A stretch of DNA of 63,760 nt, counting the filler, from Bigelowiella natans CCMP2755 (Eukaryota; Protista; Cercozoa): NCBI GenBank assembly GCA_000320545.1. It is 6 parts of 6 records of this genome, joined end to end, with 100 filler letters (N's around TTAATTAATTAA, not from the genome) between each part and the next. Parts side by side here need not be neighbours in the genome. Positions count along the whole stretch, not along the records: positions 14,424 to 21,638 come from ADNK01003548.1; positions 21,739 to 32,245 come from ADNK01003404.1; 4 more parts are not named here. The stretch is one strand, 5' to 3'. Position numbers and translations under genes: made by a program. Of this stretch, positions 17,211 through 27,505 are shown piece by piece (position 1 is the first letter of the stretch; every line of letters starts with the position of its first letter). Under the pieces are notes generated by a model, which saw only the letters and a list, made by a program, of their open reading frames with translations, was not told the DNA's origin and did no database searches.

Positions 17211-18427
17211 ATGGGGCTCATGCGCAATGAAAAAGGATTTCGATTGGGTGGTTTTATGGTATACTCTCGTTATCACATCTGTGTCTTGAAGATGCCCCTT
17301 TTTCGTGCATCGCATGCATATATATTAGGCATCCTCATTCATACTGCGCAGCATCATTGCTTGGCATTATCAACCATCATCATTTTCGCCCTTATCCTCC
17401 TGAAATGAAATAATCTTGTAGATCTGGGCGTTCCCTCATCTCAACGCGAAGTTGCGGCGCACACGTTGGAACATGTACGTATTGTTGTGTGCGCATGTTT
17501 GTGTGTGTGTGCGTGCGTGCGTGCATGCGTGCGTGTGTGCTCGCGTTAATAAATAATCAACATCACTAGCACTTCGTCATTCTGTTGGTGTTTGTGTCGT
17601 GAAGGTACCGATATGGGTTGAAAGCCGTGAAGGACTACATCAAGCTGCGCACACTCCGGGTATAATTGCTCATGAGACGATTCACTACACATCGATATAC
17701 TGCATGTCTTGAACAATGATTTATAGCTTTTTTGGCTGGATCCAATGTAAGCTATTGTAGACTCGGTTTGGCGTAGCAGCTGCAGTGGAAGAGGGGGGGC
17801 AAGATGAGGGAGGGAGAGCATCCCAACCCTAAGTGCTGTCAATCATTGTCTCATTACCACTGACCCCTACTCTCCATTTACTCATACAGAGTGGTAGCGT
17901 GCAGTGGTACTCGACCCGGCGTATTGCAATCAAATCCTCCCTCGATGTGCTCAACCCTCTGCAAAGTGAGGATCGCCTATGATACAATTCATCTGTTATA
18001 AATAGAGTACCATCTCTCTGTGGGGGAGAATGTCTTTAAGCACTTATCCCTCGACACCATCGAGGACGAAACGCAAACAAAAGCAAATATTGAATGTTGT
18101 TGTTTGTCCGTGTGCGTGGTGTATCTCAGGTCTAGGGTACAACGATCTCAATGGAGGCCAGGTGCTAATGATTCGTTATGTTGCTGTCCGTTGGTGTCCT
18201 AGTCGTGCGACATCATCACAAAATGATCTGTTCGTCATCATGCTCCCATGCATATTTTTTGGAATGAGAGAGATTTATATACTCTGAAAACATCATCCTG
18301 GTGTACTTCGATAGCTGAATCAGCCTTCGCATATTTCATCATCATCTTCTTCTACGCTTTGTTGCAGATCGGACTCATTGGAGTGGTCACTTCCTGCATC
18401 TCCATCTTTGACGACTTCAACAAATAG
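16219..18427 (+). CDS. PEX11: Peroxisomal membrane protein PEX11 family, multi-exon
   Basis: Spliced: MSMCDWEANLNTYWIK|YASKVSSRDKLYRFFQYFAKMM...HVSSTLSTG|RKFIRLGKFVDNL...FYVWDFIVW...KSSLDVLNPL|GLGYNDLNGGQ|IGLIGVVTSCISIFDDFNK-stop. The RDKxxRxxQY and RKxxRLGK signatures are present. Confidence 0.9.
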
Positions 18428-19586
18428 ATTTCCCTCCCCTGCCTGCACTGGCATTGGCAGTTGAGACGCGACGAACGCGAGTTGAGGAGTAATGTTGCCG
18501 CAGTAGTCTGGTAGTGGCACGTGCTGCTGATGGCGATAATGGCAGCGCAGCGAGAGCATATCATGCAGAACGCTAATCAACAAAGCCACCACGGGCGACG
18601 AGGAAAAGATCAACTTCTGTTGAATTTCTGACAGTGTCCTCCGCCACTTGTAACCATCTAGCCATGCTAGCATGAATTATTGTGTAATAGTAGATTTGAC
18701 TACTCGCCGAATGCGATGGAGTGCTACGCACATCTTAGATGTCCATCATTGCTAGCTTGTGTTGCATGTCTAGATCTAGAGATCTAGAGATGTGCCGTCG
18801 TAGCACGCAGCACGCTAGCACGGCTAGACGGGATGTGCATGCGTACGTATCGTAGACGTGCACCTCATGTAGATGTTTCCTAGTTTCGCGAATGCATCAC
18901 AGCATGGCGCCTGATCAGTGCTAGATTGATGCGTGCTAGCTAGCTAGCGTGTGTGCACTCATCATGCAGTCAGTTATGTGTCCAGACATCCGCGATGATT
19001 CTGCACCACGATGCTACATCGATGTTGAAACGGTCGCATTCATCATGACTAGACGAGCTAGCTAGCAAGTGTTGCACCGATTGAAACACACACACAAATG
19101 GAATGATCTAGTGATCTAGTGATGGCTAGCACATCAATGGCACCCTCCTGGCTAGCCGGCTAGCCGGGTGTGCACAGAGATGTGCACACCCAATTGGTGC
19201 ACATCTCTAGCTAGCTAGCTAGCTAGGTGCTCTTGTGGAATTTCTAGCAGACAAACACCATGGACATGGACACAACGCCAACAGCTAGCAGACCACACCA
19301 CATTGTCGATGCATGCATGGACATGCACTGCAACCAAACCACAAGTGCCAAATTAGCAAGGTAGCAAGCTCCAGAGGCACATCGCACACAATTGATCGCA
19401 CACCAATGATTGTCGCACGTGAGCAAAGCACCTCTCAGCAGCTGAAAAGACAATTTGGGGTCAGTTCGAAAGATGGAATGAATGAATGAATGAATGAATG
19501 AAGTAATTTCAATGCTTGAGTTGAAACAAATGGCAAACAAACAAACAAACAAACGTGATGATGGACTGCATTGAAACCACAACGTC

Positions 19587-19786
19587 CATGAACAATGAAC
19601 AATGATAAAGAACTACATTTCCAAAATGTAACAAGACATTTGCAGTGTACGAAACGCAGTGCCTCGAACTAACTTCAGTGAGGACCATCTAGTGAAACCA
19701 AAAGGAATCAAGAATGGCATTGTAGCCACTCCTCCGTTCCTAGTTTCATTGTTTTTAGTGCCTGATGTTTGCCAACTTCAGGATCA
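19587..19786 (+). repeat. Dispersed repeat family, copy B
   Basis: About 200 nt that align closely with parts of 43763-44160. Confidence 0.9.
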
Positions 19787-20049
19787 CGCATCCCTAAATC
19801 CTGTCGTGATGGTTTGCTCATGCTCGGAGATCACCAAGCAAGAACACCACACCTACGACCCCCAAGAGCACAATCCCATGGACCACGAGCGAGGGATCAT
19901 CAAGGATCATCTGGCAGCTGCATCTGGCATCTGCCCAGGCCCGGGATTCCCGCATGAGATTCAGTGCAGGAACATATGTGTTTCAAAGAGAAATGCCTCC
20001 GAAAATGCGTGCGACTCTAAATTCTAACTTGTCGCATTAAAACAATCGA

Positions 20050-21477
20050 ATGGATTCCAACATTTCACCCAAAAATTTAGAACGCTTTTGTGCTGATTTG
20101 AAATCTATCAAAATTCAAACGCCGAGAAGGGAATCAACGGCTACGAGTACACATACGCCATTGTTCGAACTCGCATCCGTGCCGCCCCCTCTCCCGACTC
20201 TTTCCGCGACCGCTACCTCTCATTGGCAATCGCCAATCTTTGAAAGACAACGAATATGATTCCGAGCCGCGAAGCCACCGCGTCGCTACGGATAGAATAT
20301 TTCGAGAACAGGCGAGGCCATAAAACACCATGTTATGTCGGACGTACATGCATTGTCTGTCAAGATGAAATTTGGTTTACTGGCTTACATTCTTCTGTTT
20401 TGTTTGCTTTTCTCTCAGTGGGTGCAGGTCCAAAACCGTAAATGTAAAGTCGGGCACTCTCACTCTCATTCGGGTCTGATATACCATGCAAACGACGATC
20501 TATTCTCAGCATCGATCGATCTATTCTCAGCGTATATTTTTTTCTTACACACAGAACATGAATAGCCCCTACCCGACCCTTATCATTCCGTCCAAACCGA
20601 AGTCTGTAGCCGCAAAGCTGAGGACGCGCACGTTCAAAGTACATAAATTTGATTCCTAATAGAGATTACCTCCTCTATCATCATCATCATCATCATCATC
20701 CGTCATCATCATTAGCATCATCATCATCGCCACCACCACCACTCTCATCACCATCATAACTTCGGCAGGTTTTCACCTCTCAACTGAAGAGCCACGGAAA
20801 GGCTAGCGTCCGGTTTCAAAGCCCAAATCTTCAGGTGGCTGCAATAACGATGAGTTGTTATTCATTCATACCAGAATGGATATACCATACACACTCTCTC
20901 TCTCTCTCTCTCTCTCACATACACACAAACAAACATTATGGTGTACATCATCCGCCCTCTTGCTCTCTCTCCCATCCCCCCCCCCGCCCCCCATCTCAGG
21001 TCCTATGTCGAAGCACATGTGCTGAATCCCGGGAAGACCTTGTCTCTCTCTTCGTGCTGCTACACAAAATATCAACAGGATGCCGGTGAGGCCGCGCTAG
21101 CTCATACCCAACGCCTCTTCGGAAATCCCCGCAATTACCATGATTAATTCATCCCCCCCCCCCTTCTTTCCTTCTTTCCTGAAATTAGAACCGCCGATCT
21201 CCGCTCTCCACAGCCTCCGCGACAGTCCTCCGGAGGAACAAGGAGCGTGAGGGCTAGGATGCAGGAGAGCGAGGAGGCCGAAGACGACGATGGTGATAAC
21301 AGGTATTACCGCCGAAAGCTCTTTTCGTCAAACAAGGAAAATCACAGGCCGGACTCGTCGTCGCAGGTCTTGATGATAGCATAGCTGTTAGTCTCGAGAA
21401 TCGCAATTTCAACCTTCAAAAATGACCAACAACAACAACAATGAGACCGGCCACACTGTGTGCATCCTCATTGTAAA

Positions 21478-21537
<60 letters not shown>

Positions 21538-21638
21538 CTCCTCCTTCTCCTACTCCTCCTCTCCCTGCTGCTGCTGCTGACGAAAAGGTGCAAAGGAACA
21601 CTCTGAAATCATCCTTTCGAACCACCAAGAAACGAGCA
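20050..21638 (+). CDS. Multi-exon hypothetical protein, 3' truncated
   Basis: ATG ORF MDSNISPKNLERF... followed by several AG-exon-GT blocks between microsatellite-containing introns. No recognisable domain. Confidence 0.4.
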
Positions 21639-21738
21639 NNNNNNNNNNNNNNNNNNNNNNNNNNNNNNNNNNNNNNNNNNNNTTAATTAATTAANNNNNN
21701 NNNNNNNNNNNNNNNNNNNNNNNNNNNNNNNNNNNNNN
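21639..21738. other. Artificial contig spacer
   Basis: N44-TTAATTAATTAA-N44. Confidence 0.98.
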
Positions 21739-22683
21739 ATAGCAGATGGGTTCAAAAAGAAAATAAAGAAGATGCTGAATGACGATAAATACTATATTGG
21801 TGATATAAAATGTGGAGTAGCGGAGCATTTGAGGGTAATAAATGATAATATATACATCCACAACAATAAGGTATATAACTACAACCGAAAGGAGATATTG
21901 GAGAGATTACACAGACTGAGAAAGCACCTACCTGACTACAAGAAACTGAAAAGACTGATTATTCCTAATCCAAATGAGGAGCAAATCAATAAAATAAAAC
22001 AAATATTCAGGTTTCATATCGTCAGGTGGACTCCAAAAGAGATATTACAAGGTTATAAGACTTTGATAGATGATAGTAAATACAAATTAGTAGAGGGAAT
22101 GAAATCCCCTGCTCTATTCAAGTTGGATTTTTACAAGTATATGAATAATAATAATTTTTTAGAGTTTAGTATCATTTATGATTTACGGAATAGCAAAGGG
22201 CAGAAACTAAACAATATTCCCTACGATACGAAGCAAACACTACTTAACGACATCCACAAATACACAACAGAGGGTCAATATTTTAAGGTTTTGAAAAGGA
22301 GGTTTTCTTTATTACGATACGAGTATGTTTTTGAGAAGAAGAAGAGTAATAAGTCCAAATTAATCGTTCTCTCAAAGATATTAAATAGCAACTTGGGGAA
22401 TTTATATCAAGTCAAAGCACTTATAGACAACCTACTCTTCTTAATAGAGAACTTTGATGATTTAAATAAGGATAGAATAAACAAATCTATTGACGACATC
22501 ATAGATAAATTGTCCTTTGTAAGTTTAAGCAAGTTTGTGAGAGAGGAAGATGACATCATAGATGATTTAAAAATGATGCTAAAGGGCAAGTCTATCGGTG
22601 ATATGAGTGGAAACCTGGAGGATATTTATAATACCATAGGAGATATTATAAATAAAGAAAGTTATAAGTATATCAAAATATAA
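21739..22683 (+). CDS. Conserved virophage-type protein (Sputnik V21-like), 5' truncated
   Basis: The frame is open from the first base of the contig (IADGFKKKIKKM...). Motifs YIGDIKCG, RWTPKEILQGYK, LFKLD, FLEFSIIY, YFKVLKRRFSL and LNSNLGNLYQV recall V21-like proteins; the family call is from memory, not a search. Confidence 0.55.
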   Translation: MADGFKKKIKKMLNDDKYYIGDIKCGVAEHLRVINDNIYIHNNKVYNYNRKEILERLHRLRKHLPDYKKLKRLIIPNPNEEQINKIKQIFRFHIVRWTPKEILQGYKTLIDDSKYKLVEGMKSPALFKLDFYKYMNNNNFLEFSIIYDLRNSKGQKLNNIPYDTKQTLLNDIHKYTTEGQYFKVLKRRFSLLRYEYVFEKKKSNKSKLIVLSKILNSNLGNLYQVKALIDNLLFLIENFDDLNKDRINKSIDDIIDKLSFVSLSKFVREEDDIIDDLKMMLKGKSIGDMSGNLEDIYNTIGDIINKESYKYIKI

Positions 22684-22736
22684 ATTCAACCCTTTCAACA
22701 ATATATAAATACTGTTGAAGGTGTTGAAATTGAAAT
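22684..22736. terminator. Palindromic site 1 (candidate hairpin 3'-end signal between convergent genes)
   Basis: TTCAACCCTTTCAACA-12 nt-TGTTGAAGGTGTTGAA starts just after the stop at 22683 and lies before the convergent stop at 22748. Confidence 0.6.
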
Positions 22737-22747
22737 TCACAACAAAT

Positions 22748-25700
22748 TTAAAATATTCCACTATTATTAAAGAGTGGACTATCAGTTAATTTGTTTATTA
22801 ATTGATAACCTGGAGTTGTTAGGTCAATACCATTGTTATTACCATTAGAAGGATTATCATTACCGCCAAATTGTGTAAGGGTTCTACAAGCAAATTCTCC
22901 CTGAACTAGACAATCTCTATATTTATTCCAATTTGCTATGTATGGTCTTGTTCCATTTTCCACAGGACCTTCTAGTCGTATGGATTTATAATCAGTGTTT
23001 GTAATTCCATCATCCCCAAAGTTTGAACCTCTAAAGATGAAATCATTAATACGAATTTGAGGAAAATTATATTCACCTGATAATACTATATCCAATTGAG
23101 TTCTTAAAATATCTATTTGGTCTTTCAAGTAATTATTTTGGGTTTCCAATTGCTGTAGTTTGTTGGATAATAAAACACCATTTTTCATCTTGATTTCTCC
23201 ATTAAATGTAGTCTCACCACCTATTTTTACATTATTCATATGTGTATCACCTGTAAAGTGAATACCATCACTATTTGATAAAATACGATTTGTGTAATCT
23301 AAACCTGGTAGGTGAACAAAATCAATGTAGCAGGTGCTAGAAACCATTTCTATTGAAGAAGCATTATTAATGTCTTTTCCTAAATAAATACCATCACTTT
23401 GTGGTTGTGTGGTGCTTCTTAAACCATTCACAAAAATAGATGATGAAAATTTATGCTCGTTAGATGATAAAGTTATTGGATTTAATTTCGTTTCTAACAC
23501 AGACACTTGTGTCATAAGTTCGGTTGTTTTAGTTTCTATTGTGTTTGTTTTTTCTAATATCTTTAATTTTACTTCCCCTATATTATCTATTACCTCTAAT
23601 TCATTACATAAAATTTGAATATTACCACTATCATCTTTGAATCGCATTAAAGGTATACCTGAATGATTAGATAAATTCAAATCATTATCAATACTTAATA
23701 TTTTTGGTTCTTTTCCTAATACAGATGAAGAAAACTTTAATATTTTGGTTGATAAAACACTTGTATTATTAATTCTTTCAGTGTTCAGATATACTCCACC
23801 AGTAAAATTTTGGACTATATGGTTAGTTTTGGTTTGTAAATTGGTTTCAATATCCTTAATTTTAACAGCAACATCTATAGGTGTTTTTTTGTAACCAAAA
23901 ATCTCTAATTCATTCATACTAAAGTAATTTTGTGACTCTATCTTTTTCACAATCCAGCGATAGTGTTTGTAGAAATTGGTCGTTTGAATGGTTTTATCAA
24001 TATAAACCCTACCATTAACAGATGTGCCTTGAACTGTTGATGTTAAAATTGTATCTATGGTTGTTAATGGAACTTTACTTTTAAAATCATCAACACCAGT
24101 AGTTATTTGGAAATGAACGAATGTATCACCTACTATCCTTTCGGTGGTAAAAGTATAATCCTGTATGTGTTCCCAAGTTTGATTGTTGTTTGAACCAACC
24201 AATACAATTTCCTGTGGTTGAGTTCCAAAGTCATTCAATTGATTAAATAATATCCACCTACTTATTTGAACTGGAAAATTAAAATTTGTTTGGAAATACT
24301 CGCCAAAATCTTCAACATTTGAATTGTTTTTAGTGTATATAGTTGAGGTGCTACCTGTATAATTATCGCCAAAATTTTGATAAAAATTGGTGTTGTCTGC
24401 TTTCCTTACTAATATTCGTTCTCCAAGTGAAGCATCAACTTTTTTATTATATAGTATGTCTAAAGAAGAAGCAATATTTGTAGATGATAAGTCACGAAAA
24501 TTTGAAACTTCAGGTGTGTAAGATAAATTTTCTAAAAAACTTAAATAATTATTGACATTCAGTTTTTCAAATGTTGATTCATTTCCTGTGATTACCAAAC
24601 CATTCGTAGCATCATTTGTTATTTTGTTTGACAGATTATAATCGCTTAATGTGGTGAGTTTCTTTTCAAATTTAGATTTGGTGCTGAAGGTTAATCCATT
24701 TATGCTATCGCTTGTAATCCCACTTATCGTTCCAGATGAAGTGGAAGGATTAAATATACTTCCATTCAGGTAGAGGTTGGTGAATTTACCATCTACTCCT
24801 TCAATCTCTTTCGCTTTTATCTTGGTATCACTTGCTGATGATAGAATGATAGTAGATGGTAAGGAGTTTTTATTAATCTGTATGGTTTCATCGTTTAAGG
24901 TGTAGGATATGGAAGGACTTTGAGTTGTTGTAAACTCAAGACCTTTGAGATTTTCAATAGTGTTGTGATTCAAACTAAGATTCCTATTCATATGAACACT
25001 TTTAGTATCAACAAATAATGGGGCAGAATTGTTTGTATCGTTAATAAGGTTATCAGCATTCGTCGTCGTTGTATTATTGGTGGTGGTTGTCAGGTTATTC
25101 AAATCAAACGATTTATATGTTCCGTCAGTCTGCTTTTGCGATATAGTTTCAACATTTATGCTCTTGGTTGTGAGATTATTGGTATTAATTATATTATCAC
25201 TCTGTAATTTTTTAGAGATGACATCTCCATTTGTTTTTAACTGGATATTTGTAGTCCCTGTTGTTGAACCTGTTGGTAATTCATTCACAAGAAAGTCCTT
25301 GTTAGTGATATTGATGTTCGTAGGATTGATAGTGAAATGGTCTATTTTCGTGCCTATATTATTAATATTGGTTGTATTGCTACCAATATTGGTTGTATTA
25401 TTGCTTATATTAGTGGTATTGTTGCTAATATTAGTTGTGTTTGTTGCTACATCAGTTTTGATGGTGTTTATCCCACTTTCATTCGTAGATATTCGGTTAG
25501 TATTGGAAGTGATATTGCTTGTATTGGTGTTAGTTCTTGTGCTATTAGACTGAATAGAGACAGTATGTCCATTTATTAAACTCTCGTTGCTAACTATCCT
25601 ATTAGTATTTTGTGTTATTTTATTAGAGTTACTTATAATATCATTATCATTGGAAATTCTTTGAACCAAGTTCTCGTTGATTTTGGTCGTGTTATTAGCA

Positions 25701-26077
25701 ATGTTGGTGGTATTCTCACTTATCTTTGTGAGTTGGGTCGCAAGATTATTACCATCCAGGTTAATACTTGTGAAATTCGCAGTATCTCCTGTGATAGTCT
25801 TACCAGCATTCAACTGAATGTTCTTGCTAAAGTCTATTCTGTCATTCGTCGTAGTTGTTATACCATCTATTCCTGCTGAAATGTTGTTGTTGTTCGTTGT
25901 AAAGTTTTGATTATTTAAGGTCAGTGAAGCAGATTTGATATTATCTTCAACTATTATGTTTTTCACCCTAATCGTGTCTTGAACCTGAATTCCTTTTGCT
26001 TCCAATATTCCGTCGTTGTTTACATCCATTATCAATCTACCATCACTTAATCGTGTAAAATAATTTGCCGCACTCAT
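22748..26077 (-). CDS. Long fibre/receptor-binding protein (1109 aa) with a heptad coiled coil and a discoidin (F5/8C)-like domain
   Basis: N/T/I heptads (NTTNISN repeats). Discoidin-like block EYFQTNFNFPVQISRW...PQEIVLVGSNNNQTWEHI...YKHYRWIV...ELEIFG. Phage tail-fibre-like YIDF...DYTNRI. ATG at 26077. Confidence 0.75.
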   Translation of the reverse strand: MSAANYFTRLSDGRLIMDVNNDGILEAKGIQVQDTIRVKNIIVEDNIKSASLTLNNQNFTTNNNNISAGIDGITTTTNDRIDFSKNIQLNAGKTITGDTANFTSINLDGNNLATQLTKISENTTNIANNTTKINENLVQRISNDNDIISNSNKITQNTNRIVSNESLINGHTVSIQSNSTRTNTNTSNITSNTNRISTNESGINTIKTDVATNTTNISNNTTNISNNTTNIGSNTTNINNIGTKIDHFTINPTNINITNKDFLVNELPTGSTTGTTNIQLKTNGDVISKKLQSDNIINTNNLTTKSINVETISQKQTDGTYKSFDLNNLTTTTNNTTTTNADNLINDTNNSAPLFVDTKSVHMNRNLSLNHNTIENLKGLEFTTTQSPSISYTLNDETIQINKNSLPSTIILSSASDTKIKAKEIEGVDGKFTNLYLNGSIFNPSTSSGTISGITSDSINGLTFSTKSKFEKKLTTLSDYNLSNKITNDATNGLVITGNESTFEKLNVNNYLSFLENLSYTPEVSNFRDLSSTNIASSLDILYNKKVDASLGERILVRKADNTNFYQNFGDNYTGSTSTIYTKNNSNVEDFGEYFQTNFNFPVQISRWILFNQLNDFGTQPQEIVLVGSNNNQTWEHIQDYTFTTERIVGDTFVHFQITTGVDDFKSKVPLTTIDTILTSTVQGTSVNGRVYIDKTIQTTNFYKHYRWIVKKIESQNYFSMNELEIFGYKKTPIDVAVKIKDIETNLQTKTNHIVQNFTGGVYLNTERINNTSVLSTKILKFSSSVLGKEPKILSIDNDLNLSNHSGIPLMRFKDDSGNIQILCNELEVIDNIGEVKLKILEKTNTIETKTTELMTQVSVLETKLNPITLSSNEHKFSSSIFVNGLRSTTQPQSDGIYLGKDINNASSIEMVSSTCYIDFVHLPGLDYTNRILSNSDGIHFTGDTHMNNVKIGGETTFNGEIKMKNGVLLSNKLQQLETQNNYLKDQIDILRTQLDIVLSGEYNFPQIRINDFIFRGSNFGDDGITNTDYKSIRLEGPVENGTRPYIANWNKYRDCLVQGEFACRTLTQFGGNDNPSNGNNNGIDLTTPGYQLINKLTDSPLFNNSGIF

Positions 26078-26133
26078 ATATATATATTTAATATAGTTTA
26101 GATAAAAAAATATTAAATATATATTTATTTCAG

Positions 26134-26175
26134 ATTTCAAATTCAACACCTTTGAGGGTCTTGAAAGGGTTGAAT
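26134..26175. promoter_or_regulatory. Palindromic site 2 (inverted homologue of site 1)
   Basis: Reverse complement ATTCAACCCTTTCAA-GACCCTCA-AAGGTGTTGAATTTGAAAT shares both arms with site 1. Confidence 0.7.
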
Positions 26176-26279
26176 ATCAATATTAGAATAAATATATAAA
26201 TACACATAAATAAATTTATGATTGTATTAAATATATATTTTAAAGTATCTGACTTAAAGACATATGTCCTATAATATTA

Positions 26280-26822
26280 ATGTTTAAAACAATTCACATT
26301 TACAAATTATTTAATTCTGTATCTGATAAATTTTACATTGGTTCTACCTGTAATGCTGTTAGAAAACGAATAAATGCTCACAAAAATAAATTTAACAAAT
26401 GGATTAATAACGGTAAAACTGGTGACTATTGTAGTTCTTTTGTCATTTATGAAGCAGATAAAAATGTAAAATGGATTGAAATGCATAGCGAAGAGATAAG
26501 TTATGAGACTAAGATTGAACGAGATAGAAAGAAAAGAGGAATTGAAGCAAGATTTATTAAAAAATTTAAAGAAAAATTCGGTGATAAGTGTGTAAACCAA
26601 ATACTACCATTTGGAGGTAGCAACATAGAATGGTATGAAGCACACAAAAAGAAAAAAAGGGAATATGACAAACAATATCGGAAAAAGAATCTCCGGAAAA
26701 TAAAAGCAAACAAAAATTCAAAAATAAAATGCGAATTTTGCAACACAATGACATCAAAATCAAATATAAGAAAACACCAAAAGAGCAAGAACTGTTTAAA
26801 AGCTCAAGACACAATCATTTAA
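26280..26822 (+). CDS. GIY-YIG endonuclease with a C-terminal Zn-finger
   Basis: HIYKL...FYIGST...RKRINAH, a conserved Glu (RGIEARFI), CVN, and C-terminal CEFC-x12-HQKSKNC. Confidence 0.9.
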   Translation: MFKTIHIYKLFNSVSDKFYIGSTCNAVRKRINAHKNKFNKWINNGKTGDYCSSFVIYEADKNVKWIEMHSEEISYETKIERDRKKRGIEARFIKKFKEKFGDKCVNQILPFGGSNIEWYEAHKKKKREYDKQYRKKNLRKIKANKNSKIKCEFCNTMTSKSNIRKHQKSKNCLKAQDTII

Positions 26823-26866
26823 ATTTTATTACAATGAATCGTTGTGACAAAATATGCACTAATAGC

Positions 26867-27466
26867 TCAAGAACCTTGTTCTAAGTCTCCTAAAATAACT
26901 AATTTGTAATCAGCAGGAATGGTGATTGTTTTAGCCGATTCATCAATTAATAATTTAGATTCTATTAAATCAACTCTTGGTAGAATGTTGGAAGTGTGTT
27001 GATTGAAATCATCAATTTGTGCAGAAATGGTGTTCTGGATGGTTACATCAAAATTTGAGAGGTCACTCTCAATTTGAGTGAGTCTAGCACTATCATTTGT
27101 ATGTAATCCATCTAATCTGGAAATCTCACCATCCACAAAGGTATTTCTTGTGTTGTGAGCATTTTCTAAGGATAATCTCGCACTGGTTTCAGTAGCGAGT
27201 TTGCCTTCAATGTCAGTTTTATTGTCATCAACATTTTGCTGTAAATTGGTGATTGCATTTGTAGTAGCAGTATTAGCATCATCTATCTGTGTTTGTAATC
27301 CTGCTCTTGCTGTAGCATTAGCAGTCTCGCTGTCATTATAAGTTGTTATGTGAGCATTTAAAGAATTTAACACAGCGGTCTTCTCTGTATCAATCCGTGT
27401 GATGGTCAAACCTGTAAGTGCTCCATCAATTAATACGGTATTTCTAAAATGTGCAGTGGCGGACAT
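26867..27466 (-). CDS. Coiled-coil fibre-like protein (199 aa)
   Basis: Long heptad region; C-terminus IDESAKTITIPADYKLVILGDLEQGS is shared with the neighbouring ORF. Confidence 0.7.
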   Translation of the reverse strand: MSATAHFRNTVLIDGALTGLTITRIDTEKTAVLNSLNAHITTYNDSETANATARAGLQTQIDDANTATTNAITNLQQNVDDNKTDIEGKLATETSARLSLENAHNTRNTFVDGEISRLDGLHTNDSARLTQIESDLSNFDVTIQNTISAQIDDFNQHTSNILPRVDLIESKLLIDESAKTITIPADYKLVILGDLEQGS

Positions 27467-27505
27467 TATATAACATAGTTTAGAAAATAATTATTTTTAA
27501 AGATT

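Noticed and set aside
25350-25460. 21-nt periodic repeats considered as a CRISPR-like array
   Set aside because: They are degenerate coding heptads with no spacers.
25029-25553. Hydrophobic 174-aa ORF resembling a membrane protein
   Set aside because: It is the antisense shadow of the Asn/Thr-rich fibre repeats.
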